The notes beneath the pieces were generated by a model that was given only the letters and a program-made list of their open reading frames with translations, did no database searches and was not told the DNA's origin. The translations under genes were made by a program, and so were the position numbers. From NCBI RefSeq assembly GCF_001194135.2, contig NC_068989.1, positions 73,891,001-73,955,000 of the forward strand: a DNA stretch of 64,000 nucleotides, given 5' to 3'. The DNA is from Octopus bimaculoides (lineage: Eukaryota). How positions within the stretch are numbered: position 1 is the first letter of the stretch; every line of letters begins with the position of its first letter. Positions 11,199 through 23,992 of the stretch are shown here, piece after piece.

Positions 11199-12029
11199 TA
11201 TGTTCTCGTAATAATTACGAGTCGAAAATGCGCTGGATTTCGAAGCGAATGTATGTTTGGAGAGAAAGATTTCTAGTGGCAGAATTGAGCGACTGTCCAA
11301 GGAATGAGGCGACCACTGGAAGAAATAACGGGGTAAGAAATGTATAAGATTTAAGATAGGTTTACTAATGCATCTGAACTGAGTCTAAGTATATAGGGGG
11401 CGTATACATCATAAAAAAAGTATCAAGAAGCTTTCAGTATGAGCTACTGAATTTATACACTTTTATAGATGTTTATTTTATGTCTTTTTACGTAACTCAA
11501 GTGTATACAAGAATACATTGAGAAATATACGTAGAGATATGAAGGCTAACTAAATAACTAAACAAGCAAGTTAAAAACAACTCAACGTACCTACGAATGC
11601 ATTATGCTTAGGATCATCCGGAGTACGAGTGATCTTAGATTAGATTAGATTCCGAGTGGCCGCAAATAAAAGACAAAGCAGAGGATGATAACGAACGACA
11701 TAAATTATTATTTGCCTATATTTGACAAAATATGAATCTCGTAACCCTATAAATAGAATCAGAAGAGTCGTTAGAGCTTCGCACAAAATGCTTTATTCTT
11801 TACATTCTAAGTTCAAATCTGATCAGGGTCAATTTTGCTTCTATTTTTCTCGAGAAAGTGACAATCAAGTATTGGAGTCGCTAGTATCGACTTACCCCCT
11901 CTTTTCAAAATTGACGTCTTTCCGTCTAAATCGGGAAACGATATTAAAAATTACCAGAACAGCATTTTGCTCAGCACTAGAAAAAAGCAATATTTGATTT
12001 GATTGATTGATTGATGGATGGATATATAT

Positions 12030-12480
12030 GCAATATGTACCATTCTCATCTGGTTGAGCTTGCTCATACATTGTTTTCACCTGCGCACGCCATCCATCTC
12101 GGTCCAGTACTAGCAGAGGGAGGTCTTCGTGGAGGCATCCAGTGTCTCTGGTAAGTTGATCTATGTAGATCAACTCACCCGAGTTGATCTACAGAGATCA
12201 ACTCACACAGTGGTTTTCGCACGAGTTCAACTATGATTTGGCTTCCATAACAGAAGCTCTTGTTTAACTCACCAGTAATGTCCCTCAAAAGGCAGTACCT
12301 TTCCCTTGTAATGGTTGAAACAGACTGGGAACCTCCAGATAGGTATTTCTTAGTGGCATGAGTTCACCAAAATATGTTTAAGACTGCTCTTAACATTCGT
12401 GTGTAAGTTCCATCCAGCTTGGATTCCAGTTCTTTGTAAGCATCCATGCTGTTGCTCCATATACAAGAACTGACTCTACT
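12030..12480 (-). mobile_element. RTE/RTEX-clade LINE, decayed RT C-terminal fragment
   Basis: Translates ...YKELESKLDGTYTRMLRAVLNIFW... and TYIDQLTRDTGC..EDL...LDRDGWR, motifs typical of the RTE-group C-terminus. Confidence 0.85.
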
Positions 12481-13400
12481 GTTGGACGGAAAAAAAATTC
12501 CTCTTAAGGTTCTCTCACTGAGTTGATTTTCAGTCAACATCCAGTTTGTTTTGGGCCAACGATGCCTTGGCTATCTGATTTCATTGATCGGATGTCGGAC
12601 ATCCAGCTAAAAAAATAACTTATGTAGAGACTACAATGATGGTTTAGCTTTGCTTTCTAACACAAAATCAAACTCCATCCAGTTACTTCATAGTCTAGAA
12701 TTAGTTGTGCATGAGTTGGACTACCTGTTAAACCTAGCAGGTGGGAATTTTTTGAAGGGAGGGCAAAAGAGTAGAAGGGAATACAATTCCATGAGAAAAG
12801 GGCGTAATAATATTATTTAGAATACCACACTTCTTTTCGGNNNNNNNNNNNNNNNNNNNNNNNNNNNNNNNNNNNNNNNNNNNNNNNNNNNNNNNNNNNN
12901 NNNNNNNNNNNNNNNNNNNNNNNNNNNNNNNNNNNNNNNNNNNNNNNNNNNNNNNNNNNNNNNNNNNNNNNNNNNNNNNNNNNNNNNNNNNNNNNNNNNN
13001 NNNNNNNNNNNNNNNNNNNNNNNNNNNNNNNNNNNNNNNNNNNNNNNNNNNNNNNNNNNNNNNNNNNNNNNNNNNNNNNNNNNNNNNNNNNNNNNNNNNN
13101 NNNNNNNNNNNNNNNNNNNNNNNNNNNNNNNNNNNNNNNNNNNNNNNNNNNNNNNNNNNNNNNNNNNNNNNNNNNNNNNNNNNNNNNNNNNNNNNNNNNN
13201 NNNNNNNNNNNNNNNNNNNNNNNNNNNNNNNNNNNNNNNNNNNNNNNNNNNNNNNNNNNNNNNNNNNNNNNNNNNNNNNNNNNNNNNNNNNNNNNNNNNN
13301 NNNNNNNNNNNNNNNNNNNNNNNNNNNNNNNNNNNNNNNNNNNNNNNNNNNNNNNNNNNNNNNNNNNNNNNNNNNNNNNNNNNNNNNNNNNNNNNNNNNN

Positions 13401-13725
13401 GCATCTTGGGCAAGTGTCTTCTACTATAGCCTCGGGCCGACCAAAGCCTTCTGAGTGGATTTGGTAGACGGAAACTGAAAGAAGCCTGTCGTATATATGT
13501 ATATATATATGTGTATATGTTTGTGTGTCTGTGTTTGTCCCCAGTATCGCTTGACAACCGATTCTGGTGTATTTACGTCCCCTTAACTTAGCGGTTCGGC
13601 ATAAGAGACCGATAGAATAAGTACTAGGCTTCCAAAGAATAAGTCCTGGGGTCGATTTGCTCGACTAAAGGCGGTGCTCCAGCATGGCCGCAGTCAAATG
13701 ACTGAAACAAGTAAAAGAGTAAAGA
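13401..13725 (+). mobile_element. SINE family B (head probably in the gap)
   Basis: cttgggcaagtgtcttctactatagcctcgggccgacc through the tail. Confidence 0.9.
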
Positions 13726-14059
13726 GTATATNNNNNNNNNNNNNNNNNNNNNNNNNNNNNNNNNNNNNNNNNNNNNNNNNNNNNNNNNNNNNNNNNNNNN
13801 NNNNNTAATAAATATGTCTAGCTTTCATTCTTTGATAGTATTTTTGTGGATAAGTTAAGTTAGTTCAAGAGATGTTAAAAATCCTTTTATTTCTTTTTAT
13901 ATCACAAAATCCTATTTTCTTTTCATTAAAACTCGTGTGCCGTTGCTTCGATGTCTGTATTTATGACGAAAGTGAAAGTTTCAAAGAAAGTTTAAAAAAA
14001 AACAAAAACAAAAAAATCGGAAGCAAAGATAGACAGAGTCAGCAGATGAACACACAGAA

Positions 14060-14067
14060 TAGATAGG

Positions 14068-14138
<71 letters not shown>
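14060..14138. repeat. (GATA)n microsatellite
   Basis: Direct reading. Confidence 0.98.
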
Positions 14139-14139
<1 letters not shown>

Positions 14140-14259
14140 GAAGGAGAGAGAGAGAGAACATAAGTAAAAATAAGAAATAGAGATACTATTAAGTACTATC
14201 TACTTTTTTGTGTCGTAGCCATTGGTAACTAATATATATATTTAATGTATTTGTTTTGA

Positions 14260-14972
14260 CAAGGCGAACGAAGCATGCGCAAAAGCGGGAAGAACTGACA
14301 GCTCACGTAGAAAGAAAAACTAAACCAAATGAAACAACGCTAACACCACCATCATTAAAGCACGCGCACTATCACCAACAACTTACCCCTTTTATTTACT
14401 TATCTCCTTCAAGATATGATCTTTCTCTTTCTCCTTACTTTCTTTATCTTTCTTTCACTCACTTTCTTTTTTTCTCTCTATCAAATTTTTCCTCTGTTTC
14501 TCTCACACTGCTACCTCCTCTTTCCCTCTTTCTTTTCCCCTCTAAAAAAAAAAGAAGTAAAAAAAATTACAAATTCCTTCAGGAAGGAAGTAGCTGCTTT
14601 TATGCTTGTCTGTCTCTTCCTCGCTTCCTTCCGCAGATCTGATGTCGCTAGAGTATTGTTGCTTTATTAAACTGAAAGTAAGAGCGTGTGGTGGCTGGTT
14701 GGTTGGCTGGTGAGTTAGTCGGTTGCTTGCTTGCTTGATGCTGCTGTTGTTGTTGTCACTGACCTAAACACAACGTTAGCTTTCATAACAACGCTTTTGC
14801 CTCTGTGGTGGTGGTCACCAGAGCCGCAGCAACAGCAGCAGCGTCGACAGCAACAGCAACAGCAGCAGCATGGATGGGAGCAGTACTTGCAGCAACTGCA
14901 GAGGTTCTTGCAGCGAAACATAATTATAATTATAATTAAAATTATAATATACTTAATAGGAAGAAGGTAAGC
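14260..14972 (+). promoter_or_regulatory. Candidate promoter / 5' exon region of a plus-strand gene
   Basis: GCATGCGCA (NRF1-like half motif) near 14273; CT-rich leader; acceptor-like tract ending cgcAG at 14636; donors GTAAGA (14678), GTGAGT (14710) and AG|GTAAGC (14967); CAG-rich stretch. Confidence 0.3.
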
Positions 14973-15039
14973 TAAGCTAAGTACAGCAGCAGGAGCCGTA
15001 GCAGTTACAGTAGCAACAGTATCTGCAGCAGTAGCAGCA

Positions 15040-15048
15040 GTGGTGGTG

Positions 15049-15100
<52 letters not shown>

Positions 15101-15503
15101 TAGTAACAAGTGATATTGAAATATTTATAGCAACACACCATTATTACACACATCCTCGAATGCGCTAACTTGCATCAGCCACGAAGTAGTTAGTAGTAGT
15201 AGTATTAGTGGTAGTAGTAGTGGTAGTGGTAGTAGTAGTGGTGGTTGTGGCGGCGGCGGTGGTGATTGTAGTGGTTGTGGCTGTGGTGGTGGTCGTCGTC
15301 GTCGTGGTAATAGCAATAGTCGTGGTGGTGTTAGTAGTAGTAGTAGTAGTAGTGGTAGTAGTTGTAGAAGTTGTTGTAGTAGTAGTGGTAGTAGAAGTAG
15401 TAGCAGCAGCAGTAATAGTAGTAGTAATAGTACAGTTTTTTTTTTACTTTTTGGTTGTTTGCTCGTTCGTGTTCAAATGTTCTTGCTTGTGTTAGAGGAC
15501 GTG

Positions 15504-15559
<56 letters not shown>

Positions 15560-15570
15560 GTGTGTGTGTG
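15040..15570. repeat. (GTA)n/(GTG)n low-complexity tract followed by (TG)n
   Basis: Direct reading. Confidence 0.95.
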
Positions 15571-15714
15571 CGTGTGCGTGCGCGCGAGTGTGTATTCATC
15601 TAATCTTATCTGTTTAACTATATCTATGCTCTGTAAACTAGATGGAGCTAACAGAACATTCAGACGTTATAAGTTATTCTAAACTCACATATAAATAACT
15701 CCCGAGCAAATTTT

Positions 15715-15930
15715 ACCATTCTTTGGACTGGCTGAATCGCTAGAGTGTCGGACGAATTACCTTGTGGTATTTGCTCCGGCTCCTTAGGTTCTGAGCTGAA
15801 ATTCCACCAAGGTCAACTTAGCTTTTCTTCGCCCCGGAGTAGATAAAAATAAAGAACTAGTTAAGTATAGGGATTGATGTAATCAACAAACCCCTTCCTG
15901 ACAAATGCCTGACCTTGTACTTATGCTACA
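15715..15930 (+). mobile_element. SINE family A, old diverged copy
   Basis: ggctgaatcgctag...gttctgagctgaaattccaccaaggtcaac...gattgatgtaatcaac follows the family layout. Confidence 0.65.
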
Positions 15931-16014
15931 TGAAATAATTATCATAATTATTATTATCATTGCTACTACTACTACTAATTCTCTTCTCTTTTGTCTTTCC
16001 TTCTTTTCTCTCTT

Positions 16015-16058
<44 letters not shown>

Positions 16059-16299
16059 ACTGGATAACCCTGTACCTCCTCTATAACAAGTTACCTATTT
16101 CTGTCTCTCTATTTCTCTGTCACACTCTAACCTTTCATTATCTGATACCGGATCATCTCATCCAATGCCCCCTCCGTTATAGCAAGACACCTGTTTCTGC
16201 CTCTCTCTCTCTCTCTCTGTCACACACATACCTTTCATCCTCTGACACAAGTTCCCTCCTCAAATGCCCCTGCCCCTCTCATAATTCCTTGTCTTGCAA

Positions 16300-16607
16300 G
16301 TTTCTTGGTGACCCTGCCAGTGCTGGTGCCACGTTAAAAGCATCCAATCCACACTGTAAAGTGGTTGGCATTTGGAAGAGCATCCAGCTGTAAAAATCAT
16401 GCCAAAACTAACCTCACCCCTGCTAGTGCCACGTAAAAAGCACTGATTTCACTCTGCAGAGTGTTAGGAAGGGCACCTAGCCTTAAAATCCCTGCAAAAA
16501 ACAGACACAGTAGCTTAGGGTAGTTTTCTACCTGGCCGGCTCCTGTCAACTTGTTCCATTCATGCATGCATACATGGAAGACGGACGTTAAATGATGATG
16601 ATGATGA
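16300..16607 (+). mobile_element. Non-LTR 3'-end repeat with (ATG)n tail and an internal ~100-bp duplication
   Basis: gct(g/a)gtgccacgt.aaaagca...ggaag(a/g)gca twice; ends catggaagacggacgttaaatgatgatgatg. The same family occurs on the minus strand at ~47925-48035. Confidence 0.6.
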
Positions 16608-16964
16608 GAGTGAATGGCCCTGCTTTAAATATGCGCCTGTAGAACGGGGAGCAGGAGAGATGGCTTGTACCTTTGATGTTTAGGGTAATACTGGATCTTT
16701 GAGGTTCCTTGACTGGCCCTAATTGAAGTTTCTCCTATACCAGGAGCTTTACATCGTTTATGTTATCACATACTTTGTATACTAATATATTTGTAGCGCA
16801 TTTCATTGACTTTTCTATTTCTTTCTCCCTATTCATTATGTAAATCCCCACACAAATTGCTGTCTGTCTTTGTAATGTCACTCTGATCTATGCCCCCGTG
16901 GCTAATAAAAGAAATTAATCATTATCAGTATTATTGTTGTTCTTGTTATTTGACCGTCCAAACC

Positions 16965-17100
16965 CGCTCAGATCAACTTTACCTTTCACTCTTTCACAAT
17001 AGATAAAATAAAGTCCCAGTCATTTACTGATGTCGATGATAGTGACCAAGCGCTTCCTCTTAAAATTGTTGGCTTTATATCTACACTAGAAACCATTATT
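16965..17100 (+). mobile_element. SINE family A 3' fragment
   Basis: tcaactttacctttcactc...gataaaataaagtcccagt...tagaaaccattatt tail. Confidence 0.5.
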
Positions 17101-17419
17101 ATATATGCAAAGGACCAAGTACTTTCCTTGCACATACTTTGAAACAAGAGATAGAAGAAAAAATATTAAAAAAAAACTGATCATGGGTCATGCCTGCAAG
17201 CAGGCTTAGGGCTCCGTTTAAGACCAGTTTAAATGTATAACGAACACAGCTTAAAACCTCCAGTCAATTAGGGGATGGAAACCTACGTGATTACTCAAAC
17301 TGCTTTAAATTGCAACCAAATCTTCCCCAAACGACACCTCAACCACTGTCATAAGATTGGACATAATAAATCATAGACATATTTGAGAAGACAAAATAAA
17401 GTTAGATACTTCTCCACAA

Positions 17420-17640
17420 TCAGAGGTCACGGCTCCGGTTTTTAAGGATGCAGAAAAGGATGTAAAACATATTTTTCGAGCTGAGCCAACCTGCAAGAGA
17501 CCTAGTGGTAGACCACAAGCAGAATGGTTGGACAATATCCAAAGTCTAAGTTAGTCACACTCAGGAATCCAGCAGAAAATTGCAATGATAGTTGTTTCTG
17601 ACAGGACCCTATGGAGGAAGTACATGAGGCATAGTGGGCT
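17420..17640 (+). mobile_element. RTE-group LINE 3' coding remnant
   Basis: EPTCKRPSGRPQAEWLDNIQ...SDRTLWRKYMR. Confidence 0.7.
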
Positions 17641-18055
17641 CGCTAATAAATACTGGGTAGCGAAATTGGAAGGATGGTTGGATTCATATAATTCGTCTTT
17701 TATAATCACTGCTGTGATAGTAGAAATAAAACGCTTAAAACCCGTTTAAATTTTATTCAACATGGCAATTTTCTTCCTCGTTTTCAATCTTCACGGCTCC
17801 TCTACTTCCTATGAGAAGCACTGGATTAATGCACTTAATGAACCGTTTGAATTGTGACAGGTCAGCGAAGCATATAAGGACCTGTGGACAGTTTAAAGTC
17901 TCTGAACACTTGCTGCGAGAGGCACTCTTCATTACCATATTTGTGCAAAAGGGTGTAGATGCTCATCAACATTAAAAGGGCCACATTCTACTGCTCATAT
18001 TCAAGAGAACAATCGAGCATTGTTGTTGCTCAAAATCGATTTGAGAGCCATCATG

Positions 18056-18089
<34 letters not shown>

Positions 18090-18285
18090 TGTATGTATGT
18101 ATGTATGCATGCATATATATACGTACACACAAACATACACATACACACAAATTATTGTAGTTACAGCTAACGTTAACAAACAGCTATTGTGATCCGCAAA
18201 TAGGCACTGAGCGTCTTCAATAATGTTGTCTATTGTTGCCTCCTCTTCGCAATGTTATATGCCCGTTATTATAATTATTATCATT

Positions 18286-18690
18286 AAGGCGGAGAGCTAG
18301 CAGAATCGTTAGTACGCCGGGCGAAATGCTTAGCGGTATTTCGTCGGTCTCACGCTCTGAACTCACCATAGAATGGTGAGGGGACACAGCATGGTACCAG
18401 TGTTGTTGCAAGCGTTGCCTTTAGAACGCAAAGAGTTGAGAGAGATTCCACAAAGCATCATTTTGTAACAACAATTTCGGCGTATCAACTACCGTTGTTT
18501 AATACTGCTATATATTATTCAGTTGCTTATAAAAGCGGTGAGCTTGTAGAACTGATAGTGCGTCGACTGTGCCTTTCATCCTTTCGGGGTCGATAAAATA
18601 AGTACCAGTTGAAACACTGGGTCGATGTAATCGACTATTCCCCTCCCCATAAATGTCAGGCCTTGTGTTTTTAGTAGAAGGATTATTATT
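18286..18690 (+). mobile_element. Two SINE family A pieces (head 18286-18360; internally deleted copy 18531-18690)
   Basis: Family head twice, one central domain and an (ATT)n tail. Confidence 0.75.
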
Positions 18691-18971
18691 ATTATTATTG
18701 GTTTGGTGCATAATTATGGCAGTTTTTTTTCAACGAATCTTATTCAACAAAAACCATTACAGCATGTAACATACACATCTTTAAATGATTATTCCGAAGA
18801 ATATTCACCATCTACTTCAATTACTGCTTCCCATTTGCTTGGCAGACGGCCAGACCGTCGTTTAAAGATGTTTTTGTTAAATATTGTTATTGTTTTTGTT
18901 GAATGAAATTTGTTGAAAAAAAAAAAAAACCCGCAATAATTATGCACCAACCCAATACTATCACTATTAAG

Positions 18972-19372
18972 CCAGCGAGCTGGCAGAATCGTTAGCACGC
19001 CGGGCGAAATGCTTAGCGGTATTTCGTCTGCTACTACGTTCTGAGTTCAAATTCCGCCAAGGTCGACTTTGTCTTTCATCCTTTCGGAGTCGATAAATTA
19101 AGTGCCAGTNNNNNNNNNNCCCCCCCCCCTATGTTTAGCCCCTTGTGGGCAATAAAGAAATAAGAATCGTTAGCACGCCGGGCGAAATGCTTAGCGGTAT
19201 TTCGTCTGCTACTACGTTCTGAGTTCAAATTCCGCCAAGGTCGACTTTGTCTTTCATCCTTTCGGAGTCGATAAATTAAGTGCCAGTGAAGTACTGTGGG
19301 GTCGATGTAATCGACTATCCTGCTTCCCACAAATTCTAGGCCTTGTGCCTATAGTAGAAAGGATTATTATTA
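18972..19372 (+). mobile_element. SINE family A head-to-tail pair across an 11-N gap
   Basis: Two near-identical bodies with linker ...tagcccttgtgggcaataaagaaataag; the second ends in the standard tagtagaaaggattatt tail. Confidence 0.85.
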
Positions 19373-19629
19373 TTACTGTTATCTAAAGAACTCCATCTGA
19401 AAGTGATCCCAATAATTGACTTTCACTACACTCACACCCAAACAGACCCACCCAAATACACACGTACACAAACACACACATACACGCACACACATCGATT
19501 ACAGGTCGTGAACGAAGGGTGTATGAATGTACTTATTTAGAAATGCGAATACTCAAAACGAGGCTTAATGTAAGGAGTACCACATGCATGCTCTTGAATC
19601 TAAAGACATCACACTCCATGCTAAACCAT

Positions 19630-20045
19630 CAACTCTCTACACCACAGCCAGAACTATCAGCACAGCGATCGTTACTACTACATCCACAACCGTCTCAGCC
19701 ATAACTATAAACACTGCACCACCGCCGCCTCCACAATAGTCACCACCATCCTGGTTATACTTACAACCATCACCACCACGACTGCGATTAATATCTCCAC
19801 AACTAGTACCACTACAACCAAAACCACCACAATCGCCACAACGACTGTCACCACAGCTAATACCACCACAACACCACCACCACTGTCTCAACCAGAACTA
19901 CAGTTCGAGGTACAGCTGGCACCTCCACCACCGCCGCTGCCGCCGCCACCGGCATCACCAGTGCCATCACCATCCCAAAATAAAGCACCACCACAACCTC
20001 AAGTGCGTTTAAAACCAGCTAGACCACCAACACTATCACCGCGAC
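19630..20045. repeat. (ACC)n-rich low-complexity tract
   Basis: Direct reading. Confidence 0.9.
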
Positions 20046-21423
20046 TACTACAGCTATTAACATTCATTGTTATATCTGAAGTATTAGTATTAATATGGCT
20101 GACAGCACAAATAACAAAGGCAAACACGAAGAACAAAAAACAAAAACAAGTAGCATCAAGATCTCAGTATATATATATATATATATATATATNNNNNNNN
20201 NNNNNNNNNNNNNNNNNNNNNNNNNNNNNNNNNNNNNNNNNNNNNNNNNNNNNNNNNNNNNNNNNNNNNNNNNNNNNNNNNNNNNNNNNNNNNNNNNNNN
20301 NNNNNNNNNNNNNNNNNNNNNNNNNNNNNNNNNNNNNNNNNNNNNNNNNNNNNNNNNNNNNNNNNNNNNNNNNNNNNNNNNNNNNNNNNNNNNNNNNNNN
20401 NNNNNNNNNNNNNNNNNNNNNNNNNNNNNNNNNNNNNNNNNNNNNNNNNNNNNNNNNNNNNNNNNNNNNNNNNNNNNNNNNNNNNNNNNNNNNNNNNNNN
20501 NNNNNNNNNNNNNNNNNNNNNNNNNNNNNNNNNNNNNNNNNNNNNNNNNNNNNNNNNNNNNNNNNNNNNNNNNNNNNNNNNNNNNNNNNNNNNNNNNNNN
20601 NNNNNNNNNNNNNNNNNNNNNNNNNNNNNNNNNNNNNNNNNNNNNNNNNNNNNNNNNNNNNNNNNNNNNNNNNNNNNNNNNNNNNNNNNNNNNNNNNNNN
20701 NNNNNNNNNNNNNNNNNNNNNNNNNNNNNNNNNNNNNNNNNNNNNNNNTAACACGAGGCGTAGTCGAATAAGTACAACAGCAACAACAAAAGCAATGAAA
20801 GTAGCAGGAAAAGAGAAAAAGAAGCAACGGTTGAACTAACGAGGTAGTTTTTATGTAAGTTCTCAACCTCCAAGAAATAACAGCCAAATTCCACTCACTC
20901 CGCCTTTCTACTATCTTGAAAAAGACAATTATGGACAAATTGCATGATCTAGTCCTGGACAATCCAAACTTTAAATAGATATAACAAAAACAAAACAAGA
21001 CCAAATGATGATAGCTGGACCAGGATTTACCAAGGGTTACATAAACAACAACAACAACAACAATAGCTACAGCAACAACAACAGAGCAGTAGCAACAACA
21101 TCAGCAGCGGTATCATATAAGCCTATTAACGTTTAAATACTCTGTGCCTCAGTGCTAACCAAGCCAGTTACGTGATCGTCTGTAATAGTACATGTTGTCA
21201 TGGAAACACTGTAACCAGCATCAAGCACAGCTCTTGAGCAACGTTCGCATGAAACAACGCATGCACATAAATGCACACATCTGCTTACATACCTATATGA
21301 ATACATACATGCATGCATACATACATGCATGCATACATACATACATACCTATCTACCTACCGACATGCATACATACAGCAAACTATTTCATTACATCTAA
21401 CTATACATTTAGACAATGAATGC

Positions 21424-21455
<32 letters not shown>

Positions 21456-21974
21456 NNNNNNNNNNNNNNNNNNNNNNNNNNNNNNNNNNNNNNNNNNNNN
21501 NNNNNNNNNNNNNNNNNNNNNNNNNNNNNNNNNNNNNNNNNNNNNNNNNNNNNNNNNNNNNNNNNNNNNNNNNNNNNNNNNNNNNNNNNNNNNNNNNNNN
21601 NNNNNNNNNNNNNNNNNNNNNNNNNNNNNNNNNNNNNNNNNNNNNNNNNNNNNNNNNNNNNNNNNNNNNNNNNNNNNNNNNNNNNNNNNNNNNNNNNNNN
21701 NNNNNNNNNNNNNNNNNNNNNNNNNNNNNNNNNNNNNNNNNNNNNCCCCAACAGCAAATCTATAAATACTTAATGTTCAACTTCATTCCAATTATAAATG
21801 TTTAATCATTGAATGTTGTGAGTTAAAATCACTGTTTTTCTTTTTCAAAATTTGTCTATTTATTAGCGCAGTCTCATTTAAAATATTTTTTTTCTTTTAA
21901 TCATGGAATTAAATGGTTTTTCGATTTACTGCCAGGTGACTTTTGGCCATTTATAAAGTGTGCGCGCATATCTT

Positions 21975-22570
21975 TTATCATTTATCCATTACTGGTTTCA
22001 GCCAGAAGCTAAGGCCATGCTAGGGCACAGCCTTTCAGTGTGATTGGGTGTCTTTTCTAGTGTCTTTTCTGCTTCTAGTGAAGTAGCGAGTTGGACTTGG
22101 CTGCTCTTCTTTGTACCTCTCACCGCGATGTCGGTTCATCTGGTATCTGAGATAAAAATTTCTCCAGATGCTCTTGGAAGACCGCCACATCTACACCTCG
22201 CAAATCTCTGAGGCTGTTGGCAGAATGTTGTGTGGTTGTGGACCTTGAAGCCTAAGCTGTTATAGTACTGAGTCTTTATTCTAGATAGAGAAGACGGGAT
22301 CTTTGGTACTATGCAGTGCCATCCACTTCGGTGGCTGGTATAACTTTCACTTCCAAAGTTGGGAGTTGCAGCATTCAGGATCTTCTATATGTACATCACT
22401 GCACATTTTTCACGTCTTCTCTCTAGAGAGAAGAGATTCTGTTTCTTTAGCCTCTCCCTGTAGGTCATGTTTCACCAAGTCTACTCTCTTTGTGTAGTGG
22501 ATTGCCTCAAATTGCCTCAAATTCAAAGCACAGTTTGGTGCTTTGTAGTGACCATTGTTGGGAGCAGTAA
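21975..22570 (-). mobile_element. CR1-clade LINE 3' fragment with tail
   Basis: MTYRERLKKQNLFSLERRREK..MYI*KIL...NSLGFK, then frameshifted GVDVAVFQEHLEKFLSQIPDEP; tail ggctgtgccctagcatggcc...ctgaaaccagtaa. Confidence 0.85.
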
Positions 22571-22667
22571 TCCAGACGACTGAAAACGAAAGATCTCCAT
22601 AGGAATAGCATGATATTCTTTTTCCTAGTTCTGAATGATCTCAGAATCTAACCAACTACTTGCCATG

Positions 22668-22712
<45 letters not shown>

Positions 22713-23135
22713 CTCTCCGTCCACCTCTCTTTCTCCTTCTCACCCTCTCTCTCATATATATATATATACATACACATACATATGCGTATTCAAACATATA
22801 AACATACCATAAATCTTACCACATAAACACTTTTAATATTCAAGCAATAAATATATTGAACTATATATTACAACACAATGAAAACGATTATATAAAATAT
22901 AAGTATTTTTTTCCTCATTTACATTATGTATAGTTAAACACACGCGTGCGCGGTTAAATCAGTTCTATGAACTTTCAGAGTAGAAGACCGTAAGGCTTGC
23001 AGACTGGTTAAAATAAGTTTTGAATGCGAGTTGAGGTTGTATTTCTGCATACTGTTTCCCCATATACAAACAATCAATTTTAGATCTTTTGATGTGATCA
23101 TTTATTTACACATACCTCGTATTCTTCGGTATTTC

Positions 23136-23166
<31 letters not shown>

Positions 23167-23992
23167 ACAATATTCTAGTTGTTGTGTGCACCTGTAACAC
23201 CAAAGCCCCACAGATAATACGTGAGTAACAACAAATAATAAAGACGATATAGTTTTTGCCAAATAGACAGAAAGCGGGAGGGAGATTATTCAGATAAGAT
23301 CAAGAAAAATGTCGTATACTAAGTTACGTGTTTATGTAGTATCGTAATTATACGTATGTATTCATTCGGGGTTCACGTATGAATAATTTCACGTAGATAG
23401 GCAGGAAAAGTGTCCTTTACTCGAATTTAGATCTTTCGTTTTCAGTAGATGACTACATCCGTTGTGGTCATCGTTGTTTGTTTCAGTACATGATCCTTGT
23501 GGCATAGCAAACAAGATTTATCAACGCCCGAAGGTAGCAAAGACAGTTTAGAGGAACGCCCACTTTGCCTAACAAGCATTACATGTCCCAGGATATGTTG
23601 CAATCCTTCTCATCAGCATTCGGGGTGAGGATGCGATTTCAGATTGCCCACAATTCACCTTACCTTTCGGTAACACCTCAATTGTTTTCCAATTTTTTTC
23701 AGTCCCAGACGGGGAAGAAAACTCGAAGCTACAGATTGGGATTATCACAGTCATAGAACCTAATGTCCTCTACTTTGAATCTTTGAGAATTAATGTGTTT
23801 ATTTCATGGATATAACGCCAAGTCGTAGACAAGATACAAATTTGATTTCAGTATTATGAACTTCAGTAGAGATTGCATTTCAATGCAACTTGCTTATTGT
23901 AATCCTGTCTCAATCCAGTACTACAGGAGCTGAAGTATAAATAGAAGTGTCCAAATCACAAACAAGAAAAAACGAGTCTTTGACACATGTAA

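Noticed and set aside
14731-14970. PolyQ ORF (...PEPQQQQQRRQQQQQQQHG...)
   Set aside because: Starts at TTG and is driven by a CAG/CAA tract; no domain similarity; treated as UTR-like low complexity.
15125-15495. Poly-Val / poly-Pro ORFs resembling membrane or proline-rich proteins
   Set aside because: Simple (GTA/GTG)n repeats.
18983-19290. Identical ~125-bp SINE bodies either side of an 11-N gap as a very recent duplication
   Set aside because: Perfect identity across a tiny gap may be a contig-overlap artefact. Only the linker, seen independently at ~3420-3480, is used as evidence.
19637-20045. Pro/Thr-rich or Gly/Cys-rich ORFs (mucin- or keratin-like)
   Set aside because: (ACC)n-derived low complexity with stops in the plausible frames.
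23575-23616. CTGATGAG plus a stem on the minus strand as a hammerhead ribozyme
   Set aside because: The stem is followed by GGGAC rather than GAAA, and no stems I/III are visible.
23440-23900. Several possible exons on both strands (HDPCGIANKIYQRPK; acceptor at 23702; minus donor AG|GTAAGG at ~23665)
   Set aside because: The signals conflict between strands and no peptide is recognisable; cannot be chosen between without RNA data.
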